DNA of 63,957 bases, counting the filler, from Trichomonas gallinae (Eukaryota), in assembly GCA_008369845.1 (NCBI GenBank). It is 9 parts of 9 records of this genome, joined end to end, with 100 filler letters (N's around TTAATTAATTAA, not from the genome) between each part and the next. Parts side by side here need not be neighbours in the genome. Positions count along the whole stretch, not along the records: positions 1 to 15,728 come from MRSU01000767.1; positions 15,829 to 25,938 come from MRSU01000771.1; 7 more parts are not named here. The stretch is one strand, 5' to 3'. Of this stretch, positions 12,624 to 23,535 are shown in pieces; position 1 is the stretch's first letter; each line of letters opens with the position of its first letter. The notes under the pieces were generated by a model. The model did not search any database. It saw nothing but the letters and a program-made list of their open reading frames with translations, and was not told where the DNA came from. The position numbers were made by a program, and so were the translations under genes.

Positions 12624-13543
12624 TTAAATAATAAATAAAATTTATTAATCGTTCTTGACTCAAATTTTTCTATAGGCTTAAATTTTGCCTCCCACTCAAA
12701 AAAAATTGGATTGGATTTATTCCATCATTTATCTATCTATATAGGTTCATTTTTTTAACTTTTGACCTTAAAAAGAAATTAAGATAAATTATTGCAGATC
12801 GATATAGATCATAGATCTATCAAAAATATTGATTTTTTACGATCATTAATCCAAATTTTTTTATGTTCCAAAACGATCGCTTTTGTTGAATGTCGTAACA
12901 TGCATTATCGAATTTACAGGCTAAAACATGCATATTGATAATCTAAAATTCCACTAAACAATAAGATAATTTTCTCAATTTTTTACATCTCTGTTGATTG
13001 GATCAAAAATTCGCGCATTATAACTTCATGTGAAATATGTGTACATGAACAGCAAGCTATCGATGACCTATCCAATTGATGATCGCGAATTCTATCCCAA
13101 AAAATCTCGTTTTGTGCATAGGGCAAGTTGTATTTAGATTAGACTCTTAATTTTCAATCATATCCTTGAATTCTCAACTGCAATTAAACTCGATTATTAA
13201 TTCAAACAATTGGATTGTCTATAATAGAATTGGTAATTAGTATTTTCTCCTAATTAGCATATATCAATTATGACTACAAGTTGTTTCATGCTATTATCTT
13301 AGCTTATATATTATTGAATTTAATTAAATAGATAAGCATATCTTTAGAATATCGATATGAATATATCCAATCATATAATCACTATTTTTACATATTACTT
13401 AGCATAAAAATACGATTTAATTAGATGAGAATTTAAAATTTGAATTAATTGTAGAATAAAACAAAAAATATTTTACCATATAACAAGTATGTATGTAAAA
13501 TATATAACAAACATAACAAGGATGTGTTTTTTCTAATGAAATA

Positions 13544-14260
13544 TTAAATTTCTTCCAATATTACTGGAATTGAGGTTGAATAAGAATCACCAAGTGGGTT
13601 GAATTCACCAGCAGCTGCTTTGTAGATCAATGAACGAACAAATTTTTTGAGATCTGCTAAAACTTCTGCTTTCATGACCTGGAACTCAATGGTAATTTCT
13701 TGGCCCAGAACTATACATTCAGGTTGACGTTTGAATATAAATGCTGTGACTCGTAATAATAAATCTGGTGATCGCAGGAATTTGATTTCGCGAATAAGTT
13801 CTTTGACTGATATATTCTCGGGTTGTGTTAAAAATATTGATGCAGCAGGCTGTCCTTCTCTTTTTGAATATGTTTGAGATTTTTTAGTATATTTGATGAA
13901 ATCATTGAATTCAGACGCAACTATTCCGAGTCTTAGAGATAAACCTTTCTTCAAAGGATTAACAGATTCAAGTTCTCGTTCGAAATCAATTTGCATTTGT
14001 TGTGCAGCGCTAACCATTAATGGATCACCTTGTTTGTCATCAATGTATGATTTGAGGAATGCCCTAATTTCGTCAATAAATGCGTTGCAGTCCGGATAAA
14101 GAGCTCTTTGCAATTTCTCTTCTATAAATCGAAAGTTTGTTGGATGTTCCATTTTCGGCTCGCATGGATGCTCTATAGTACCGAAGAATAGCTGCGATAT
14201 TGGCCGATTTTTCAGCTTATTTAATATTTTTTGGCAAAGTTCAAGTTGTACTTGATTCAT
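13544..14260 (-). CDS. Divergent bromodomain plus ET-domain-like protein
   Basis: CQKILNKLKNRPISQLF...HPTNFRFIEEKL...Y...F..EI follows the bromodomain pattern; C-terminal EITIEFQVMKAEVLADLKKFV resembles the BET ET domain. Confidence 0.65.
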   Translation of the reverse strand: MNQVQLELCQKILNKLKNRPISQLFFGTIEHPCEPKMEHPTNFRFIEEKLQRALYPDCNAFIDEIRAFLKSYIDDKQGDPLMVSAAQQMQIDFERELESVNPLKKGLSLRLGIVASEFNDFIKYTKKSQTYSKREGQPAASIFLTQPENISVKELIREIKFLRSPDLLLRVTAFIFKRQPECIVLGQEITIEFQVMKAEVLADLKKFVRSLIYKAAAGEFNPLGDSYSTSIPVILEEI

Positions 14261-14481
14261 GAAGATAAATCGACATGTAATTGACTTTACATGTCAAATA
14301 TATTTCTTATTTTTCCATACAACCCTATAAATTGGAGTTTTAGGGAAACAAGACACAAATTTAAAATTTATATTATATCAGGATGCTACATTTAGATTTT
14401 GTTTTTATCATTAAAATTAATTTAGTAATGTAATTCATATCATATTGTCTATGCGTGTATTGCATGTATTTTTCTTTTTAC

Positions 14482-14630
14482 TGCATTATAATATTCGGTG
14501 TTGGAATTTCGTGGCGTCTCGTGGCGTCTTGAGTGTAAACCATTGAGATTGCATTCAATATTAGGTTGAATGGTTTACACTCAAGACGCCACGAGATGCC
14601 GAGACAAAATTCGACCTAATATTCATTGCA
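14482..14630. mobile_element. MITE-like element: 81-bp unit with 22-bp TIRs plus an adjacent inverted partial copy
   Basis: 14550-14571 vs the reverse complement of 14609-14630 match at 19/22; arms 14513-14544 and 14569-14600 are 31/32 inverted. Confidence 0.55.
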
Positions 14631-14924
14631 CAAAATAATCTTTTTTCATATTTTATATTCACGCAAATATACCTCTCCTTGTCGTTTCCTTTGTGAAATA
14701 AGAGTATATTCTCCATATATGCATAGAATTTGTTATCTTTATTGTTGTATTTGGGTATATTTTCATCGCAACAAGAATTCGTGTAATATAATAGATGTTT
14801 GTAATATTTATGGATATTAATCTTTATCTATAGTTAATAATTTGTCTAACTCATGTAGAAAGATGAATATTTTTTGAATGGAAAAATAAATGTTTAAATA
14901 CATGTAAATCTTCAATAATTAGAA

Positions 14925-15590
14925 CTAAATACGATTGTTCTTAGATAAATGGCCGATAATACTAACATCGTCGTCATCATCATGGAAAGAAACAAAATCA
15001 TCAGGAGATCCAGCTCCACCAGTAACTTCACCGTAAAGATCAAGTCTATTTAAGGCGATGCATGGTGGATCTCCAGGACAAGCTTCAGTCTGAATTAATC
15101 TAACATATCTAGTTGTGTATTTCTTATCAAATTTATATGATCTTTCAGCGCAATACTCTGCTTCCCAATCCTTGCTAACATTATGAACTGTTGTCCACGA
15201 TATTCCATCATTCGAAATCTCTAAAGACCAGCTGTAAAGGCAGCACGATATGCAATAACCAACTTCCTCGCAGCAGCAACCAGCATAGTTGCAGCAGCCT
15301 GATCTAAGGTAATATCCTTCAAGATCAATATATCTATCTTTTAATGATAAAGTTATCCAAGGAAAATCTGTTTTGGAGCGGCCACAATTGGAACACCAGT
15401 CGTAAGCTTTATCAATTTGATCTATAGCATATTCTGGCTTAGTTAATTGTTTTGTTCCGTTGATCTTTTGCTTTGAAGAGCCGCTTGCATTAACGAGAAC
15501 AATGTTGTCATTATAAAATTTATAGAAAACTCCTTTAGTTCGATCGAAATCTTTGGAGTGCGCGAGAATTGAAAAACAGAGAAAATTCAT
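14925..15590 (-). CDS. F5/8 type C (discoidin/galactose-binding-like) domain protein with Cys-rich insert, probably secreted (221 aa)
   Basis: Short hydrophobic N-terminus MNFLCFSILA after a TCACA Inr; PWITLSL, SWSLEISNDGISWTTVH, TRYVRLIQ and LNRLDLYG motifs. Confidence 0.8.
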   Translation of the reverse strand: MNFLCFSILAHSKDFDRTKGVFYKFYNDNIVLVNASGSSKQKINGTKQLTKPEYAIDQIDKAYDWCSNCGRSKTDFPWITLSLKDRYIDLEGYYLRSGCCNYAGCCCEEVGYCISCCLYSWSLEISNDGISWTTVHNVSKDWEAEYCAERSYKFDKKYTTRYVRLIQTEACPGDPPCIALNRLDLYGEVTGGAGSPDDFVSFHDDDDDVSIIGHLSKNNRI

Positions 15591-15656
15591 TCTGAAATGT
15601 GACAAGACGGTGCTACCCCCTAAAATATGATTTCGCATCATCACACTGCATATAGT

Positions 15657-15702
15657 CGCGGGATAAATAGGCAAACGCGGGAAAAATAGGCAAACGCTAT
15701 TT
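15657..15702. repeat. Short tandem duplication CGCGGGA(T/A)AAATAGGCAAA near a contig end
   Basis: Two 19-bp copies visible directly. Confidence 0.7.
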
Positions 15703-15728
15703 TGAAAGGATTTTATTTTAGGTTATAT

Positions 15729-15828
15729 NNNNNNNNNNNNNNNNNNNNNNNNNNNNNNNNNNNNNNNNNNNNTTAATTAATTAANNNNNNNNNNNNNNNN
15801 NNNNNNNNNNNNNNNNNNNNNNNNNNNN
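15729..15828. other. Artificial contig linker (N-TTAATTAATTAA-N); the same linker is at 25939-26038, 29524-29623, 31929-32028, 54243-54342, 58747-58846, 60754-60853 and 62833-62932
   Basis: Identical 100-bp spacer carrying stop codons in all six frames. Confidence 0.99.
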
Positions 15829-16734
15829 CATCATGCCACTGGACAAAAGACAAACCTTGGATTATTAATACATGGCAATGACATTGTTTACCAAATGTTT
15901 CCAGCCTCATCTTATGATAATTTCAAATTATATTTAACAAATCCAAACATGATTACATCAAGTGAAGAAGAGGCTAAAACATTAATTCAAAAGTTCCATT
16001 TGGAAAAGATTGATCTTTATGGAACAATTGACAAACAATCTGCAGAAAACAAAGCATATATGTTCAAACTATGCAATTTCTCTAACGATGATTTCGAAAA
16101 GGAATATTTCCAGGACGGAAAGGAATTAATTATGATTCTAGGACATGGAAAGCATAAAAAATATCCAGGTACTGTTGCATTTGAAACAAGCAACATCAAC
16201 CAGGCACTCGCCACCTTCCCAAACAGCAGCTTCTTCTTCAAGCCACATCCAGCTAACGTTCCAGCAGGTGAATTGGCCGACTGGATGAATGCAAATGGAG
16301 TTAAAGTTTTCACGCAGAGAATTAATGCAGAAATTATTTTCTCTGCTTTTAAAGGTAGAATGAAATTAGGTGGATATGAAACAACAACATATTTAACTGC
16401 TGAAACAAAAGACATCGCTTTTCTTTATATAAATAATAGTATCAACGAGTTCGCAGCACCTTTCCCACAGTTTGCAGAAGCCGGCGTTTTCAAGAACACT
16501 CCTATGCTCAAATACAGCGATGATTACATTCCAGAACAGTTCAGAAATACACCCAAACAATTAGAACCAGAAAGTGGACTATCTAAGTTCGTTAAAATTG
16601 GTGTTCCAATTATTGTTGTTTTTGCTGTCATTGGCATTGTTGGTGCTGTCGTTGCTGTTTGGTTCATCAAAAAGAAGAAAAACGCTAACAAAGTTTCAGT
16701 AAAGAGTGATGATGAAAAAGGAGTAGATGCTTAA
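15829..16734 (+). CDS. 5'-truncated membrane-anchored protein with a bacterial sialyltransferase-like (GT80/GT52, GT-B fold) C-terminal domain
   Basis: Frame open from the contig edge; FFFKPHP...INAEII...KLGGYETTTYL; TM segment IGVPIIVVFAVIGIVGAVVAVWFI followed by KKKK. Confidence 0.6.
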   Translation, partial: HHATGQKTNLGLLIHGNDIVYQMFPASSYDNFKLYLTNPNMITSSEEEAKTLIQKFHLEKIDLYGTIDKQSAENKAYMFKLCNFSNDDFEKEYFQDGKELIMILGHGKHKKYPGTVAFETSNINQALATFPNSSFFFKPHPANVPAGELADWMNANGVKVFTQRINAEIIFSAFKGRMKLGGYETTTYLTAETKDIAFLYINNSINEFAAPFPQFAEAGVFKNTPMLKYSDDYIPEQFRNTPKQLEPESGLSKFVKIGVPIIVVFAVIGIVGAVVAVWFIKKKKNANKVSVKSDDEKGVDA

Positions 16735-17453
16735 AAATAATAAAATATTATTTTGATTTTAGTAAATGTTACAGTTTTATTTAAATAATAATGATTAATT
16801 TTTAATAAAACAAACAATAGTTCATTCCAAAAATAAATTTTAAACGATTTTCATATTGAATAAAATTGTGAACACTAAAATATAAAAAATAAATAGATAA
16901 GCAGATTGATATTGATTGTAATGTTAATAATTTAGTTCCCAAAGATTTTAATAAGTAATTTTGATCGAAAATAAATTTTGATCGATAATTATATGTATAA
17001 TTCATAAATATACTGTTATTTTAGGATGTTTATTATAAAAATCATATATTGAAGTAATAAATATCAAAATTCAACCAAGATTTTTTAAAATTTACTAAAT
17101 TTTAAAGATTTTCCACAATGAAATCGTGTAGTAAATTTATATGAGTGTATTTATCGCACCAATTTATGTTCCAAAATTCTTCATGAAAAAATCGCTTTCA
17201 ATATAATTCTTTGCAAAATCGTGCTAACAACACCATGTAGATCACAATTTATAGTTGCTCGGGGAAAAATTTTTATTTATAAAATTTTCCACGAAAAAAT
17301 TTAATTTTGACATATTATTTTATTATATTTAGAATATATAATAGATAAATTATATATTTATTTAATAAAATCCCGAAAACATAAATTAATTACAAAAATA
17401 TTTATATTATATATAGTAGATATCAGATATATAATAAAATTAAATTGAGGGGC

Positions 17454-17480
17454 GACGGTTTTGTAAATTTTTGGCGGTTT
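17454..17480 (+). promoter_or_regulatory. Two M3-type (Myb-recognition-like) motifs upstream of Maf1
   Basis: GACGGTTT at 17454-17461 and GGCGGTTT at 17473-17480 fit DRCSGYTD. Confidence 0.5.
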
Positions 17481-17508
17481 TTAAAGTTGCTTTGTTCAGA
17501 CGGATCAA

Positions 17509-18141
17509 ATGAAGTGGAACAATTCTAGAGTCTTATTTAACGTTAATCAGGAGATGGCTGCCTTGCTAAACTCGTCAAGCAGCCTTCACTCAAAGATCGA
17601 TTGCTTTACTATCGAAAAAATCGATACAAATATTAAAATACCTTTAAGAATGGGTTTTGGAACACCTAACTCGCTGACAAGCATGCCAACGATAGCGGCC
17701 AACCCTTCAACAAAACACTTTTCCATTCTAAAGTCTACTATTTCCTCTGCTTTTCCAGATTACGACTTCACTGATCTCAGCAATGGCGATTTTAAGCGTG
17801 TAATCGCTACTGAGCAAATTAAGTCTAACATCAGCTGGCAGTTATCATCAGCTTTTCCTACAGCCTCTAATCTTGAAACTCACCTTTGGCAAGCTATAGA
17901 GACAGAAATATCACCTGGAATATGCGATGTTTATCAATATGAGCCTGAAACAGCTGATATCTTCAGTGAAATGGGAGCAATATGGAATTATACATATTTC
18001 TTCATAAACGAGAAACAGAAGAAAGTTTTGATGTTACATCTTAGAGACGGAGCCCATGATATAGGATCTGAATCCGGAAGCGAGGACTTTTATGATGAAT
18101 GTGATGTTCTTAATAATCACTATTCCTATGGAGGCTTCTGA
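17509..18141 (+). CDS. MAF1: Maf1, repressor of RNA polymerase III
   Basis: FPDYDFT box B; LWQAIETEI...CDVYQYEP...GAIWNYTYFFINEKQKKVL box C; acidic tail. Confidence 0.9.
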   Translation: MKWNNSRVLFNVNQEMAALLNSSSSLHSKIDCFTIEKIDTNIKIPLRMGFGTPNSLTSMPTIAANPSTKHFSILKSTISSAFPDYDFTDLSNGDFKRVIATEQIKSNISWQLSSAFPTASNLETHLWQAIETEISPGICDVYQYEPETADIFSEMGAIWNYTYFFINEKQKKVLMLHLRDGAHDIGSESGSEDFYDECDVLNNHYSYGGF

Positions 18142-19948
18142 AAGCGTTTTATATACGTGGACGGGACCAAACCATGGCAGTAGTTAGTGTTTGATTGTTA
18201 AAATGTCATGCATTATAATTAATTCTTTGTTTTTCCTTTTTTAAATAATGGTCTGAGAAAACCTTAAAAATATGGACAAAAAATATTTTCTCGATTTTCT
18301 TTGTGATTTAGTTTATTTTAATAGAGTAGTTTTCATATATCAAGTTAATGGTCGGAAAATGAAAAATAATATTTTGAAAAGTCAATATTGGACCTTCCAA
18401 TACATGTAAATAGTTTACTATACATATAAGGATATTGTATATAAAAGCGTATGGGACTTTGGCCAAATGTCTTCAATTGATTTTTTTGGCAAATTTTTAT
18501 AATAATTTAACTGTTGATTATATATCGTACAGGACTAATACTATTGATTTACTGCTGGTTTAATCATTAAACATCTAACTTGACAATATTTGAATAATAT
18601 TCAACCGATTTATGACAATGTTGTACTATATAATTATATTCTATATCATTTTAAGTCAAAAGCTTTATGAATTAATCAAATATATTTCATATTTATTAAT
18701 GAGGGAAATATTATGATAATTACAGTCACGACTTTCGATATATTAATTATATAGCTACACTTGTTTCAATTCAAATGGTTTGGAGTTGCCAAATAGGTTA
18801 AATTAACCAAATGAAAATTATATTCTAATGAACTTAATGGTAGATACTAATTTTAAAACAATAAAATACCAATATAATTTTATACATCTAATTACATCCT
18901 AATGTCGCGTTTCAAATTAGTTTGTGTGCTTGATATTTTTTCAATAATTTGAGGAAACATGAAACAATGGACTTCTAAAATCTTCTTGTGGATATCTTGT
19001 GATATTCATGATCTTTCAACATTTTTCATAATTTTCAAATTTTATTTCGCAATTAACTCGTGAGAACGGATTTCTAATGAGATATAGAATATAAATAACT
19101 AAAATATTAACAAACCAATCAATATTTTGAATCATGGGTTTAAATTGGAAATCTGTAAAGCATGCTATTCATTCTATTTCATTGAAACAGTGAGCAAACA
19201 TAATATAGATCATATATTAAAAATATAAATGTAGACACTACTATTCAATCAAATTGAAACTTGTAAAATTTTGGTTTCATGCTGTTTCTATGTTCTAATA
19301 CCTAAAAGTATATCTAATTTCTATTACAAATCGAAAAAGAAAAAATCCAATTTTCTGACAGCCAACTTGCGTTTTAGTCAGAAATATCGATCGTATACAT
19401 TGCAGAGAGAATATTTTGAAGTTTTGAGTATCGAATTTGAGATGTAAATTCATATCAATTTTAAAATGCATTTGTAAAATCTATATGCAGCTAGATTTTC
19501 AAAGAGATTTGAACGATTTCGTTTACTGATCAGAATTTAAGTTTTAAAAACTATTCAAAACTTTAAAATTTTTTAACATATTTATTTCTAAATATATCAA
19601 TGAATAATTTTAAAATAAAATTTAATTTGAATGATGTATAATAATAATTTTAGGTTATTTTTGATGTATATACATATCTATTCAATACTCAAAATAAACT
19701 TTTTTTATGTTCAGTATCAAAATTAAAACGTGCCTTTTTCAATATTGAAATTGCTTCAAAAGCGCTTGAAATTGAATGACCATCACTAACCAATATAAGA
19801 ACATCATTTTTACAGCATGATTTTATTGATTTTTTGAAATAAATCTTTTTCTACCGTCTTATTCAAAATTTAGCAATTTCTTATATATCTATAAAACATG
19901 AAACTACAAAATCTATAATTTTTTTTTAATTTTTCATTTTTTTGAAAA

Positions 19949-20947
19949 ATGGAAACAGAAAACATTCTTCCTGAAGGGATTCCGTCAACAGTTGGCAAAT
20001 ATACGGTTTTAAGGGAGATAGGACGAGGCGGATTCGCGACTGTTGTCTGCGCAGTAGATCCCAAAACAGAAGAAAAAGTTGCAATTAAAATATTCAATCG
20101 AGAACATATAGAAAAAGGCGGATATTTAAAGTACCTAGAGAATGAACTAAGATTATGTGCAAGAATTAGCCATCCAAACATTGTCCATATCCATGATGTG
20201 ATTTACACGCCAGAAAACATCGTGTTAGTCATGGAATACTTGAAGGGCGGCAACTTGCAGACACTTATATCTCGTGGTGTCCACTTTTCGATCAACGAGC
20301 AGCTAAAAATCGCTGTTGAAATTTTATCGGCGATTCAGTATTTACATAAACGTGGAATATGCCATAGAGACATTAAGCCAGAAAACATCCTTTTCGATAA
20401 GCAGTTTCATGTTAAGCTCATTGATTTCGGTTTATCGAAAGAAAATTCCGCAATTTTACACACATATTGCGGTACACCTTTCTACATGGCGCCTGATTTG
20501 ATCAAGAGCGAAGAATATGACGGTACAAAATGCGATATTTGGGCTTTTGGAGTTACATTACACGTTTTAGCTACAAGATTGTTTCCATTCCAGTATTCTA
20601 ATGAGCATCAGTTCTTGAGAGCAATACAAAACGAGAACCTTGAAGTGTCTATCGTACCAAAAGGCATAATCGGAGAGTTGTGCATTAAATCTTTGGAAAT
20701 AAATCCAACAAAAAGATCCGGAGCAGATGAATTGTTACAAATAATTGAAGGATACTTGAACGGCAGCGAGATATTCAACAGATCTGGCGTTGCTCAAATA
20801 AAACAAAATACAACTTTACCAAAACTCAAGATTCGCGCACATTCTCCACCTTCTGATGTAAGAATAAGGAAAATTGAAGACAAATCACTCAAAGCTAGGT
20901 TCAATGTTCGATTGAGATCTTTAAATATGTCCAAGAACAGTTTTTAG
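19949..20947 (+). CDS. Ser/Thr protein kinase (CAMK family)
   Basis: GRGGFA, VAIK, HRDIKPEN, DFG and CGTPFYMAPD motifs; TCATT Inr just upstream. Confidence 0.95.
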   Translation: METENILPEGIPSTVGKYTVLREIGRGGFATVVCAVDPKTEEKVAIKIFNREHIEKGGYLKYLENELRLCARISHPNIVHIHDVIYTPENIVLVMEYLKGGNLQTLISRGVHFSINEQLKIAVEILSAIQYLHKRGICHRDIKPENILFDKQFHVKLIDFGLSKENSAILHTYCGTPFYMAPDLIKSEEYDGTKCDIWAFGVTLHVLATRLFPFQYSNEHQFLRAIQNENLEVSIVPKGIIGELCIKSLEINPTKRSGADELLQIIEGYLNGSEIFNRSGVAQIKQNTTLPKLKIRAHSPPSDVRIRKIEDKSLKARFNVRLRSLNMSKNSF

Positions 20948-21113
20948 ACTTTGTGTTATTTATTGTTTTGATTTATTAATACCATGCATTAAATTGTCAT
21001 TTATTACTTATCTTCTTTTCGTTCATTTGATTCAAAACAGATTTTATTCACAAGAATATTGCTTATATATAGTTTAAAACTTATGTACACATGCAAATAT
21101 TGTTGAAAAAGGG

Positions 21114-21393
21114 TACAGTTTTCGATGATTCTGTCAAGTGCATCGAGTGCCATATTCTCCAAAGCGTTTGTTTTCTTTGTTGAATATTTGAATGTAACAT
21201 TTTTAAACTCGATTTTTCCTTTGAAGTTTTCATATTTTTCATCCTTCAAAATTTACATTCAGCTGATAATCAATCAGCTGGAAAATCCTCCCTGATGTCC
21301 TTTTGACATGTATTTAAAGAAGGAACTCATGAAGAACTTCTTAGGAAAGATGACTACTACTCAGCACTCATCAAATTAGAACTCCAAGAATAA
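21114..21393. pseudogene. Rearranged remnant of an ABCB-type ABC transporter
   Basis: Minus strand: KGKIEFKNVTFKY...ALEN fused to ALDRIIENCT. Plus strand 21319-21393: EGTHEELLRKDDYYSALIKLELQE*. Confidence 0.75.
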
Positions 21394-21553
21394 AAGCTTT
21401 TTTTTTTGAATTATCAATTATAATGCTCATATTCAACAGAGGAAAATTTGTCAAAATGGAAAACTCTCAACAAAACTCCTCCTAATTTTTATGGGATAAA
21501 TGCATGGAAAATTTTATAATTATAACAGTATCAAACTTTTGAATTATAGTTAT

Positions 21554-22426
21554 TTATGATAATAGATTAAAGAAAAGTGCTGGAATGTTGTTATGTGAAA
21601 AATAAAATGGCTGGCATAAACATGTAGCTACACATTTGCAAACAGCAACAACTGCTTGCGATGTTAATGTGTGGGATAATCGTGTGATCACTGCATATCC
21701 ATGCCCGGGATTTTTCCCTGCATCTAAAAAACCGTTTGATATGGAGATTTCTTTAATTTCACGGATCATATTTGTGGCTTTATTTTCAGAATATACAAAG
21801 CCAGAACCTCCTCCAGCATCATAGTTAGCCGCACCTCCACCAAACAAGCCTCCTCCACCTCCATATTTTCCATTTCCACCACTACCAAAACTTCCATTGG
21901 TATTGTCATAACCTCTGTCAGATATGCCACCATGTGTTTGATTACCACCAGTTGTATAATAGCCACCAAAACCAAATTCTCCTCCTCCAATACATCCTGA
22001 TTCACCAGCTCCACCTCCACCAGCGATCAAAAATCGTGATCCAGGATCGTTATAAGTGAGTCTAAAATCTGATGCACCACCTCCTGAAAATCCATTTTCA
22101 CTTCCCTGCCCACCTCCATTAAAGGAGACCTGATTCCATTTCTGACCTCTTCCTCCCAAGTACAAAAACATAGGAACAGCAGATGGTATTGTGACTTTGG
22201 CAGATGAATAACCGCCAAAGGCACCATTTCCAAAAATAGTTCCACCTTGGGCACCAAAAATTTCAAAGAAATAGTCACCAGGAGATAGCTTCAGTTCATA
22301 AGCATCACATGGGAATGATTCTGCACAAGGATAGAGGAATTTACAATTATTTCCAGAACAAATCGGATGTCGTATTAACAAATCACTTTTCAGTTTGTAT
22401 TTCCCGAAGGAAAATGAATACTCCAT
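21554..22426 (-). CDS. Glycine-rich (Gly_rich_2-type) protein
   Basis: PGDYFFEIFGAQGG, GGYSSA, YLGGRG, GGGASDFR, RFLIAGGGG, GGGSGFV and GHGYAVIT motifs. Confidence 0.85.
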   Translation of the reverse strand: MEYSFSFGKYKLKSDLLIRHPICSGNNCKFLYPCAESFPCDAYELKLSPGDYFFEIFGAQGGTIFGNGAFGGYSSAKVTIPSAVPMFLYLGGRGQKWNQVSFNGGGQGSENGFSGGGASDFRLTYNDPGSRFLIAGGGGAGESGCIGGGEFGFGGYYTTGGNQTHGGISDRGYDNTNGSFGSGGNGKYGGGGGLFGGGAANYDAGGGSGFVYSENKATNMIREIKEISISNGFLDAGKNPGHGYAVITRLSHTLTSQAVVAVCKCVATCLCQPFYFSHNNIPALFFNLLS

Positions 22427-23535
22427 TTCCTATACCAATACCAATGAAAGTTTTATACGAAAACTCCTAGATTATGATGTTTTTAGTTTTTTCGAATGAT
22501 AACTGTCAATATAAAATATAAAAACTATCAAGTCGGTTGGCAATCAATTTTGAATTGCATTCAAAAATCATATAACACAATTTTTATATGCTGATCACAA
22601 ATTAACTTCACAAATACTATCTTCTCTAACATTATAAATGAAATAATGTCATGCTATTCGCATGAAAAAAAAAAAAAAAAATAACAATTATAGATCCTAC
22701 GATTATAATCAATTCAAATTTCAAAATAATTTAAAATGAAAATAATTATACATCACATCATATCATTTTCAACTTCAAAAAATTGATATTATAAATCATA
22801 CTATTATTTTCAATTCAAATTTCAATGCAATTTAAAGTGATAATCATAAGCCTCATAATTATAGTTTTCGCACATTTTTAGGGGACTCACACGCCCGTAA
22901 AAACTTGCAATTACATTGAAATTTACAAAATAATAATTGCATTGATAAGCAATTGCATCAATGGATCAAATATCACATTATGTATTGAATTACCCAAATG
23001 AATCAAAATTACAGTCAAAAATGCATTGATAGCATCTTCGTAGCATGCAATATTTGATATGCTCAGTATTTAAATCGAAGACTTTCGTGCAAAGCTTGTT
23101 TCCGATAACAAGATTTACAAATATCTGCGGATCTTTTAGGACTATTAGAGACGTTATTTTTGATCAATCAGATAATTTCATTTACACAATATTTAGAATT
23201 TTTACATGACAAAAAGAAACTTTACACGACAAATACGAATGGGATACATTGTAATATTTACAAAGTTTATCGAAAAATATTGACGTATATCACCAAATAA
23301 GCTCAGCGATTATGTGTTGGCAAATGAAATTAAAGTTTTCAATTTTTTTTTGTGGCAAAATTAAAACGTTCATCGGAAATATATAGAAAAATCATCATAA
23401 TATTTGGCATTAAGCATTAAAATTACCAAATCCTATTTATTTACGCCCATGACCAATTTTTCAAAAATTTGATAGATTTGAATGAGCATTCAATCATAAA
23501 ATGTGACACAATTTTATTTATTTTTTTGATTTTAT

